Positions 1 to 4,968 of a DNA stretch of 5,913 bases are shown here, one piece after another. The translations under genes and the position numbers were made by a program. Source of the stretch: a virus (Duplodnaviria > Heunggongvirae > Uroviricota > Caudoviricetes); the IMG/VR virus record IMGVR_UViG_2667527959_000008, positions 1-5,913 of that record. One strand, 5' to 3'. The notes under the pieces are model-generated. The model had not been told where the DNA came from and did no database searches. It worked only from the letters and a program-made list of their open reading frames with translations. Positions within the stretch are counted from its first letter, which is position 1. Each line of letters begins with the position of its first letter.

Positions 1-2
1 AT

Positions 3-32
3 AAAAAGGCCTGCGATTACCAGCAGGCCTGT
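3..32 (-). terminator. Rho-independent terminator downstream of the helicase gene
   Basis: Perfect 8-bp inverted repeat AGGCCTGC (9-16) / GCAGGCCT (25-32) with an 8-nt loop; on the minus strand the stem is followed by TTTTTAT (plus 2-8). It lies about 24 nt past the helicase stop at 56-58. Confidence 0.6.
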
Positions 33-55
33 TATTAGCTCAGTGATGTAGATGG

Positions 56-1432
56 TCATACGTCAGCCCCTTGTGCATATCGTCTGCCACGCGCAGCAGG
101 TGCATTTGATGCTGTGCAAATCTGTCTGGCTTCATCCTGGTCACATGCCACAAAGTGTCCGTTGCAGAACCGCTGGTAAACCGTACCAAGCGAGCCAAAA
201 CGGTTTTTCGTCACGATGATTTCAGCAAATGGTGCGGCGCTACTGTTCTCGTCATATACCGCTTCCCGATAGAGCATGATGATTGAGTCTGCGTCCTGCT
301 CAATGCTTCCTGAATCACGCAAATCTGCGTTTGTCGGGCGTTTGTTTGGTCGCTTCTCAACATCGCGCGAAAGCTGACTCAGGGAGATAACCGGTGTTTT
401 CAGGTCTTTCGCCATCGCCTTCAGGCTTCCGGAGATGTGAGCAATTGCGAGGTCGTTGCGGTCTGCTTTCGGCTTCTCAATCAGGCCAAGATAATCCGCC
501 ATGATGAGTGACAGGTTTGGATTTTCCTGTTTGTGCCGTTCTGCGATTGAGCGTATTTCTTCGACCGATAACCGCGATGCATCGACTACCCATACATCCA
601 AATCCGCAAGCTGATTCATGCCGTTAGCAACGCGTGCCCAGCCCTCGTCATCCATTGATGCAGGATTTCGCAGTACGCTAACCGACATCCTCCCGGCGTT
701 GGCAATGCTTCGCTCTGCAATCTGCAATGCGCTCATTTCCATTGAGAAAATCAATACTCCGCGCCGGACGTCAGAACCAGGAATAACGCGGCTTGCAACG
801 CCTTCGGCAATCTTCAGCGCCAGTTCGGTTTTCCCCATACCAGGACGAGCAGCGATTATCACCAGGTCTTCCGCGTTCATCCCTCCGGTGATGGCATCAA
901 GTTCTTCGATTCCGGTCTTCAGGGTATCTGACTCTTCTCCGTTCCTCAGACGCCTGTCAAGCGTGTCAGTGTAGTTGGTGATGATTTCCCCTAACCGTAC
1001 CGGTTTAACCTCGTCACGGGGCTTTCTGATGGCTGAAAGACGCTTTACAAGTTCATCCATCGCCTGACTCGATGCGTCGATGGTTCCGCTCTGAATTGGT
1101 TCACGCATTTCATCCATGATTTCCAGCACCAGACGGCGGTGATAGTTATCCGCGACCATTCCGGCATATCCCTTCAGGTTTGCGGCGCTCGGGCAGTTTT
1201 TGCTGGTCATCAGGATTGACGTGAAATGCTCCTCTCCGCACGCCTCGGCAACCATCAGCGCGTCGATTAGGTTTCTGTTTCTCGCCTGCTTGCGGATAAC
1301 CTCGAAGGCTTTCCGGTAGAGCGGAATTGAAAACGCTTCCGGCTCCAGTGTTGCCAGAACGTCACTGGCGGTTGGTGTTAATCCACCAATCAGCAGGCCA
1401 CCGATAACGCTCGCTTCGATATCCTGTTTCAT
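56..1432 (-). CDS. DnaB-family replicative DNA helicase (phage-encoded, P22 gene 12-like)
   Basis: 458-aa ORF with a DnaB-like N-terminal domain and a RecA-type ATPase core including Walker A (AARPGMGKT). Putative SD GGGGGA about 5 nt upstream of the ATG. The start ATG overlaps the stop of the upstream O-like gene (ATGA at 1429-1432), implying translational coupling. Confidence 0.9.
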   Translation of the reverse strand: MKQDIEASVIGGLLIGGLTPTASDVLATLEPEAFSIPLYRKAFEVIRKQARNRNLIDALMVAEACGEEHFTSILMTSKNCPSAANLKGYAGMVADNYHRRLVLEIMDEMREPIQSGTIDASSQAMDELVKRLSAIRKPRDEVKPVRLGEIITNYTDTLDRRLRNGEESDTLKTGIEELDAITGGMNAEDLVIIAARPGMGKTELALKIAEGVASRVIPGSDVRRGVLIFSMEMSALQIAERSIANAGRMSVSVLRNPASMDDEGWARVANGMNQLADLDVWVVDASRLSVEEIRSIAERHKQENPNLSLIMADYLGLIEKPKADRNDLAIAHISGSLKAMAKDLKTPVISLSQLSRDVEKRPNKRPTNADLRDSGSIEQDADSIIMLYREAVYDENSSAAPFAEIIVTKNRFGSLGTVYQRFCNGHFVACDQDEARQICTASNAPAARGRRYAQGADV

Positions 1433-2376
1433 GCAATCCCCCTGTCTGCAAACTTCCCTTCCCGAACTCCCGTTAACGAATCTTCCCTCAGCAGGTAATC
1501 AAAATCGGCCGTCCAGCCAGTGTCGTTGTCTCCGAAGTAAAACGGCTTGGCCTGATGTACAAACGCCCTGACATACGCTCTGAAACCGTCCACGTTTGGC
1601 GTTTTCAGTTGCGGGATGATTTTCTTCAGGCGGCGTTTGCGTTTCTCGTTGACCGCAACAGCGTGTGGCAGTCTGTCACCGACTTCGGTGTTGTAGGCGT
1701 TCAGGAAGGATTCGTAGTCGATTCGTTCTGCCTTGCGACGTTCATGTTTAACCTGCCCATCGCCTCCCCCATTGGGGGGTAGGGGGGTATTATTTATATT
1801 CTTGTTAATACCTTCTTGTTCATGATGTGCGGTTGTTTGTGCGGCTTCATGTGCGCTTTCATGTGCGGTATGTACGCTGAAAGCCGCGCCATTGCTGGCT
1901 TCATCATGTGCGGCATCATGTGCGGTTGTTTGTGCGGCTTCATGTGCGGGTGAATCGTCCATTTTTTGAGCATATTCATGGTAATTTGTGATGGTTATCA
2001 CGCGACCTTTTTGCTTCTCTCCATCAATGGAGATCATCCCCTCTTTCACAAAAACCTGAAGCATCCGCTCAACCTGATCACGGCTTGCTGGCTTGCCATG
2101 TCTGTCGCATAACTGAAGACCTAAATCAGCTGCTGTCACAACCAGTTGACCGGGTTGCAGATGCCATTCATGACCTTTGAAATTCGCTTTGTATGGCTTT
2201 CTGGCGGCATTCAGGAGAAGGTTTTCCCACAGGGTGCGAAGATAAACATCTTTCGCCCATGACTGTTTCAGAATGCTCCGGTACAACGGAATGTAGCCAG
2301 TTTTCTGGTTCTCCATCCTGTTGCTCCTGCGCTCGTGTGCGGCGCTGAAATCGTAGATTTTTGCTGTATTGCTCAT
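1429..2376 (-). CDS. Replication initiation protein, lambda O-like architecture (N-terminal DNA-binding domain, repeat-encoded linker, conserved phage C-terminal domain)
   Basis: 315-aa ORF starting MSNTAKI (lambda O starts MTNTAKI). The central part is encoded by the iteron array (repeated HEAAQTTAH peptide motif). It sits immediately upstream of, and coupled to, the helicase gene, in the position of lambda O / P22 gene 18. Confidence 0.8.
   Translation of the reverse strand: MSNTAKIYDFSAAHERRSNRMENQKTGYIPLYRSILKQSWAKDVYLRTLWENLLLNAARKPYKANFKGHEWHLQPGQLVVTAADLGLQLCDRHGKPASRDQVERMLQVFVKEGMISIDGEKQKGRVITITNYHEYAQKMDDSPAHEAAQTTAHDAAHDEASNGAAFSVHTAHESAHEAAQTTAHHEQEGINKNINNTPLPPNGGGDGQVKHERRKAERIDYESFLNAYNTEVGDRLPHAVAVNEKRKRRLKKIIPQLKTPNVDGFRAYVRAFVHQAKPFYFGDNDTGWTADFDYLLREDSLTGVREGKFADRGIA
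1789..1812. other. AT-rich segment flanking the iterons (candidate DNA-unwinding element of ori)
   Basis: TATTATTTATATTCTTGTTAATACC lies directly downstream (in gene orientation) of the iterons, the same order as iterons then AT-rich region in lambda ori. It is preceded by C5 (1766-1770) and two G6 runs (1774-1779, 1783-1788). Confidence 0.55.
1823..1949. repeat. Iteron array (putative ori) inside the O-like gene
   Basis: About 8 copies of TGTGCGG (one TGTGCGC) at 11-13 bp spacing in two clusters. A 31-bp block ATGTGCGGTTGTTTGTGCGGCTTCATGTGCG is repeated exactly, starting at 1824 and at 1918. Confidence 0.7.
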
Positions 2377-2378
2377 AA

Positions 2379-2651
2379 CTACCTGCCTTGACGAAAGACC
2401 TTAAGAACATCGTTAAACTGACTTACGGATATGTCTTCTTTGAGCAGCTTTTCCAGAAATGCGTTTGGAATGAACGTATATCCCTCCTCTTTTGGTAGAG
2501 ACGGGAGCAACGCCCTCGCCTCAGCCTTCAGAAGCTCAGTTCTGGCAACTTTCACAAAAGAGATTTGAGTTCTTTCATCAATGGAACGAAGGAAGCGCAA
2601 ACGCTTAGCTTCTTTGTGTGTATCAGGTGGATTAAAGCCTTTGTTTCGCAT
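2379..2651 (-). CDS. Hypothetical protein (90 aa) between cII and the O-like gene
   Basis: Start chosen at the internal ATG (2649-2651), preceded by GAGGT about 7 nt upstream and lying after the cII stop. The longer 146-aa reading from 2819 would overlap cII out of frame. The stop TAG (2379-2381) is 2 nt from the O-like ATG, suggesting coupling. No family recognised. Confidence 0.5.
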   Translation of the reverse strand: MRNKGFNPPDTHKEAKRLRFLRSIDERTQISFVKVARTELLKAEARALLPSLPKEEGYTFIPNAFLEKLLKEDISVSQFNDVLKVFRQGR

Positions 2652-2656
2652 ATAAT
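2651..2656 (+). promoter_or_regulatory. Candidate -10 element (TATAAT) of an OOP-like antisense promoter
   Basis: Perfect TATAAT on the plus strand just downstream of cII (in cII orientation), about 45 nt before a plus-strand intrinsic terminator. No convincing -35 (TGGATT at 2628-2633 is the best). Confidence 0.4.
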
Positions 2657-2662
2657 TACCTC

Positions 2663-2730
2663 GTTGGATGTTGTTAAAATTCCATTTGTATTTGATCAGA
2701 ACGCTCGGTCTTGCACACCGGGCGTTTTTT
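2663..2730 (+). ncRNA. Putative OOP-like antisense RNA overlapping the 3' end of cII
   Basis: Predicted transcript of about 68 nt from the TATAAT at 2651-2656 to the terminator at 2701-2730, antisense to the last ~55 nt of cII (stop at 2674-2676). This matches the known arrangement of lambda OOP RNA (77 nt, ending within cII). Confidence 0.45.
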
Positions 2731-2973
2731 ATTGGTGATTTCATCAAGCGCATACTTAAAAGCCCTGCTAATCGGACTGATGTCTGATGCCATTCCGAAA
2801 GCACACAAGACCGAAGCAATAAACCTCCAGTCCGTTCTGCTTATCTTCGATTCATGACAGCCAATCATCTTTGCCAGACCGCGCTGGGTAAGCGTTGACA
2901 GGTTGATGAGTAAATCAGTTTCAGCGCGATCAATTTCTCGCTGTGTTGGCTTGCTGTAACTTGCTTGTGTCAT
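2674..2973 (-). CDS. cII: Transcriptional activator CII
   Basis: 99-aa ORF whose C-terminus (ITNKKRPVCKTERSDQIQMEF) closely matches lambda CII (ILTNKKRPAATERSEQIQMEF). Contains an HTH region; SD GGAGA about 8 nt upstream of the ATG; located directly downstream of cro. Confidence 0.9.
   Translation of the reverse strand: MTQASYSKPTQREIDRAETDLLINLSTLTQRGLAKMIGCHESKISRTDWRFIASVLCAFGMASDISPISRAFKYALDEITNKKRPVCKTERSDQIQMEF
2701..2730 (+). terminator. Plus-strand intrinsic terminator inside the cII 3' coding region (putative OOP terminator)
   Basis: Stem 2702-2708 CGCTCGG pairs with 2718-2724 CCGGGCG (6 Watson-Crick pairs plus one G-U), 9-nt loop, followed by T6 (2725-2730). Confidence 0.55.
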
Positions 2974-2983
2974 TTCTTACTAT
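2951..2983 (+). promoter_or_regulatory. PRE-like CII-dependent promoter (TTGC-N6-TTGC activator site plus -10)
   Basis: TTGC (2951-2954), N6 TGTAAC, TTGC (2961-2964), then 13 nt, then TACTAT (2978-2983). Lambda PRE has TTGC-N6-TTGC, 13 nt, AAGTAT. It lies antisense within the first codons of cII and points toward cro/cI, as in lambda. Confidence 0.7.
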
Positions 2984-3094
2984 CTCCATAGATAAATAAT
3001 TTGGGTTTTTATCGTGCACCATTGACAGTCATCCTTGACCACGCCGGGCACCCGACCGTATACCGGGCCGTTCGGTACTAAAAGTACATTTTTA

Positions 3095-3325
3095 TTACAT
3101 AACAAACTGCTGTTTACCGATACGGCGAATCTGTGCTGCTGAGTACTTGCCGCCTGATGCCTTGGCGATCTTATCCGCATATTCGGTTTCACCAGTGAAC
3201 TCGGTACGCGGCAGAGAACCACGCTCAAGCCACTTATAGATGGCTTTTGGCGTAAGTCCACAAACATCAGCCACAACAGAAACTCGAACGGATTTGATAA
3301 CTTCTCCAAACGTAACTTCGTTCAT
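3095..3325 (-). CDS. cro: Cro-like HTH repressor
   Basis: 76-aa ORF with a helix-turn-helix segment (VADVCGLTPKAIYKWLERG). Strong SD AGGAGA 5 nt upstream of the ATG; divergent from cI across an operator region; followed by cII. Confidence 0.75.
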   Translation of the reverse strand: MNEVTFGEVIKSVRVSVVADVCGLTPKAIYKWLERGSLPRTEFTGETEYADKIAKASGGKYSAAQIRRIGKQQFVM

Positions 3326-3340
3326 GCTTCTCTCCTGTGG

Positions 3341-3355
3341 TGAACTTATGGTTCA
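3341..3355. promoter_or_regulatory. Operator OR (cro-proximal copy), palindrome TGAAC-N5-GTTCA
   Basis: TGAACTTATGGTTCA, identical to the 15-mer at 3398-3412. It sits just downstream of the predicted PR -10, over the PR start region. Confidence 0.7.
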
Positions 3356-3356
3356 T

Positions 3357-3384
3357 ATTATGACGGAACTGATAGTACAGTCAA
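3357..3384 (-). promoter_or_regulatory. PR-like promoter driving cro
   Basis: On the minus strand: -35 TTGACT (plus 3379-3384), 16-nt spacer, -10 CATAAT (plus 3357-3362), about 25-30 nt upstream of the cro ATG. Confidence 0.6.
3364..3378. promoter_or_regulatory. Possible degenerate middle operator
   Basis: GGAACTGATAGTACA partially matches the TGAAC-N5-GTTCA pattern (GGAAC ... GTACA) and lies within the PR spacer. Weak. Confidence 0.25.
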
Positions 3385-3397
3385 TACCTAATATAGT
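3369..3397 (+). promoter_or_regulatory. PRM-like promoter for cI (candidate, possibly leaderless)
   Basis: -10 TATAGT (3392-3397) sits 7 nt before the ATG at 3405; the -35 is weak (CTGATA, 3369-3374). A weak, activator-dependent promoter would be expected by analogy to lambda PRM, whose mRNA is leaderless. Confidence 0.35.
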
Positions 3398-3412
3398 TGA
3401 ACTTATGGTTCA
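3398..3412. promoter_or_regulatory. Operator OR (cI-proximal copy), palindrome TGAAC-N5-GTTCA
   Basis: TGAACTTATGGTTCA, identical to 3341-3355. It contains the ATG (3405-3407) proposed as the cI start. Confidence 0.7.
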
Positions 3413-4112
3413 ACAGAAAGAGCGTGAAACTTTCTCGCAGAGGCTTGCGCTGGCCTGTGATAAAGCGGGATTACCTTTGCATGGTAGGCAGGCTGATTTA
3501 GCTGTCAGGCTTAAGGTCACACCAAAAGCCATTAGTAAATGGTTCAACGGGGAGTCAATACCAAGAAAAGACAAGATGGAATCTCTGGCTTCGGTGCTGG
3601 GAACTACTGCTGCATATCTGCATGGCTATGCTGATTATGACGGTATCACGGTAAATCATCTATCAAGATCAAATGATTCTTATCGTGTTGATGTATTGGA
3701 TGTTCAGGCGAGCGCCGGGCCAGGAACCATGGTTTCCAATGAATTTATAGAAAAGATAAGAGCAATTGAATATACGCCCGAGCAGGCAAGAATTTTATTT
3801 AATGGAAGGCCACAGGAAAGCGTAAAAGTCATCACGGTTCGCGGTGACAGCATGGAGGGAACCATCAATCCGGGAGATGAGATCTTTGTTGATGTATCCA
3901 TAACCTATTTTGATGGAGATGGCATTTATGTGTTTGTATACGGGAAAACAATGCACGTTAAGCGCCTGCAAATGCAAAAGAACAGGCTTGCCGTCATCTC
4001 TGACAATGCCGCTTATGATCGATGGTACATAGAAGAAGGTGAAGAAGAGCAACTTCACATTCTAGCCAAAGTCCTCATTAGGCAGTCAATCGATTACAAG
4101 CGATTCGGATAA
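3405..4112 (+). CDS. cI: CI-type prophage repressor (N-terminal HTH, C-terminal S24/LexA-like autopeptidase domain)
   Basis: HTH segment (QADLAVRLKVTPKAISKWFNG), Ala-Gly cleavage site (QASAGPG), catalytic Ser in RGDSMEG and Lys in HVKRL. The ORF is open from 3240, but that part overlaps cro; in-frame ATGs at 3348, 3360 and 3405 are all possible, and 3405 is chosen because it follows the operators and promoter. Confidence 0.85.
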   Translation: MVQQKERETFSQRLALACDKAGLPLHGRQADLAVRLKVTPKAISKWFNGESIPRKDKMESLASVLGTTAAYLHGYADYDGITVNHLSRSNDSYRVDVLDVQASAGPGTMVSNEFIEKIRAIEYTPEQARILFNGRPQESVKVITVRGDSMEGTINPGDEIFVDVSITYFDGDGIYVFVYGKTMHVKRLQMQKNRLAVISDNAAYDRWYIEEGEEEQLHILAKVLIRQSIDYKRFG

Positions 4113-4119
4113 AAATAAA

Positions 4120-4216
4120 TTTCCTTAAAGTTCACTAACTTATGATGTAGTGAGCTTTTTATACCCATAAAATGTACTATTGGTACTTTACATTAATGAA
4201 CTTTAAGTACATTATA
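4120..4216 (+). promoter_or_regulatory. Candidate OL/PL region (operator-like half-sites and an early-left promoter candidate)
   Basis: Operator-like 15-mers: 4197-4211 TGAACTTTAAGTACA (11/15 to the OR 15-mer) and 4120-4134 TTTCCTTAAAGTTCA (10/15). An inverted repeat TCACTA/TAGTGA (4132-4137 / 4148-4153) contains AACTTATG, shared with the OR core. Promoter candidate: -35 TTTACA (4187-4192) with a -10 in ATTATAAGT (4211-4219). The position just after cI corresponds to lambda OL/PL. Confidence 0.4.
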
Positions 4217-4388
4217 AGTCCATCGAAACAACACAGCGTTTCGGTCAGTCGAACGGCGCGACAGTAAACCATGCGTCGGACCATAGGCGGGCTCAGGAAG
4301 AGCGGCAATTATGGCAAAGCGATTTACCAGCAGCTCTTTGCGAGGGGCTGACGGCAAATCTACTCCACTTATTTAAAAGAGACGGTAT

Positions 4389-4562
4389 ATGGATAATCAG
4401 GATAATGAGTTAAGAAAGGTTGTTCAGGAACTTGCTGATGAAGAAGGCATCAGCTTTTCCGATGCCCTAGATGTTTCGATTAAAGCGCTGCGTTATGAGG
4501 TAGAGCGCAGAAAATCGTTTAACGGTGAAGCTGCTTGTGATGGCTCTGCAATTACTTCTTAG
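4389..4562 (+). CDS. Small acidic hypothetical protein (57 aa)
   Basis: ORF MDNQDNELRKVVQELADEEGISFSDALDVSIKALRYEVERRKSFNGEAACDGSAITS, absent from the supplied track (presumably below its length cut-off). Weak SD (AAGAGA 8-13 nt upstream). About 13 acidic versus 7 basic residues. Its 3' end overlaps the convergent minus-strand gene by 11 nt. Confidence 0.35.
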   Translation: MDNQDNELRKVVQELADEEGISFSDALDVSIKALRYEVERRKSFNGEAACDGSAITS

Positions 4563-4830
4563 CCAAGTACCAAGAGGTGTCTGCGGCTTCGGAAACCAGT
4601 ACGTAATAGCTTTGCTTTACACTACTAGCTATACCTCTGACTTCCTCTCTAACGTTATATGCAGTTGATGTTTTTACGGTTGTATATTCAGCTGTTGGGA
4701 GGTTAAACCAAGTGCCATTACCATCCTGTATCTCACGCGAATAACCCTTTGCTTTCATCTTTTCATGAAGATTTTCATAGTCTTCAGAATCAGCGCCGCG
4801 CAACTCAACTCGAACAATATATCTTGCCAT
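4552..4830 (-). CDS. Hypothetical protein (92 aa), own promoter, transcribed opposite to the early-left genes
   Basis: Start chosen at the ATG at 4828-4830 (MARYIVRVELRGADSEDYENLHEK...), preceded by AGGA about 9 nt upstream. The 139-aa reading from 4971 would cover the promoter, repeats and terminator hairpin. Predicted alternating beta/alpha small protein. It faintly recalls a prophage-associated DUF family, but I cannot name it with confidence. Confidence 0.6.
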   Translation of the reverse strand: MARYIVRVELRGADSEDYENLHEKMKAKGYSREIQDGNGTWFNLPTAEYTTVKTSTAYNVREEVRGIASSVKQSYYVLVSEAADTSWYLAKK

Positions 4831-4845
4831 AAGAAGATTCCTATA

Positions 4846-4890
4846 TTGACTGTGGAATGAGCAACATATCAGTTTCCTTTGACTGTGGAA
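4846..4890. repeat. Two perfect 12-bp direct repeats TTGACTGTGGAA (4846-4857 and 4879-4890)
   Basis: Exact 12-mer repeated at 33-bp spacing. One copy lies in the spacer of the candidate promoter and one in the leader of the 92-aa gene. Confidence 0.7.
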
Positions 4891-4895
4891 AGCAA
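4866..4895 (-). promoter_or_regulatory. Candidate sigma70 promoter for the 92-aa minus-strand gene
   Basis: On the minus strand: -35 TTGCTT (plus 4890-4895), 18-nt spacer, -10 TGATAT (plus 4866-4871), about 30-nt leader to the ATG at 4830. Confidence 0.4.
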
Positions 4896-4944
4896 AGGGA
4901 CACGGGCCGGGCGTGGATAAAAATCCCGGCACCAACCATCGCAA

Positions 4945-4968
4945 AGCCGCCACCTGAGCGGCTTTTTT
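4945..4968 (+). terminator. Plus-strand rho-independent terminator
   Basis: Stem AGCCGC (4945-4950) / GCGGCT (4958-4963), 7-nt loop CACCTGA, followed by T6 (4963-4968). Oriented to stop plus-strand transcription that has run antisense across the 92-aa gene. Confidence 0.65.

Noticed and set aside
618-974. 118-aa plus-strand ORF inside the helicase gene
   Set aside because: Entirely antisense to a well-supported DnaB-family helicase ORF, with low-complexity Ser/Pro/Arg-rich composition and no SD. Most likely a shadow reading frame.
1555-1782. 75-aa plus-strand ORF inside the O-like gene
   Set aside because: Antisense to the conserved C-terminal domain of the initiator, with no ribosome-binding site. 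Shadow ORF.
1794-1979. 61-aa minus-strand ORF ([18 protein letters not shown]...)
   Set aside because: An alternative frame across the iteron array; its repetitive HMKPH pattern is a by-product of the DNA repeats, and the O-like frame spans the same region continuously.
2168-2410. 80-aa minus-strand ORF overlapping the O-like start
   Set aside because: Out-of-frame overlap with the O-like N-terminus and with the stop of the 90-aa gene; no independent support.
2652-2819. N-terminal extension of the 146-aa ORF (2379..2819)
   Set aside because: The extension overlaps the cII 3' coding region in another frame. The internal ATG at 2651 lies after the cII stop and has a better SD, so the shorter 90-aa form is preferred.
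3074-3095. GTACT-AAA-AGTAC hairpin followed by ATTTTTATT as a plus-strand terminator
   Set aside because: The stem is only 5 AT-rich bp with a 3-nt loop, and termination here would block PRE transcription into cI. Better explained as part of the conserved GTAC element reported in the findings.
2980-3309. 109-aa minus-strand ORF overlapping cro
   Set aside because: Out-of-frame with the HTH-containing Cro ORF, which has a strong SD. It would also cover the PRE promoter region and the conserved GTAC element.
3240-3404. N-terminal extension of the cI ORF (290-aa reading from 3240)
   Set aside because: It would overlap the cro start on the opposite strand and run through both operators and the PR promoter. 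The start is more plausibly at 3405 (or 3348/3360); kept as an uncertainty in the findings.
3704-4058. Two minus-strand ORFs (65 and 87 aa) inside cI
   Set aside because: Antisense to the S24 peptidase domain of the repressor; no SD; hydrophobic shadow-frame composition.
4271-4351. 26-aa Arg-rich mini-ORF (MRRTIGGLRKSGNYGKAIYQQLFARG) as a possible N-like antiterminator
   Set aside because: Far too short for an N-family protein and without an obvious SD. Mentioned only because the arginine richness is reminiscent of an ARM motif; treated as chance.
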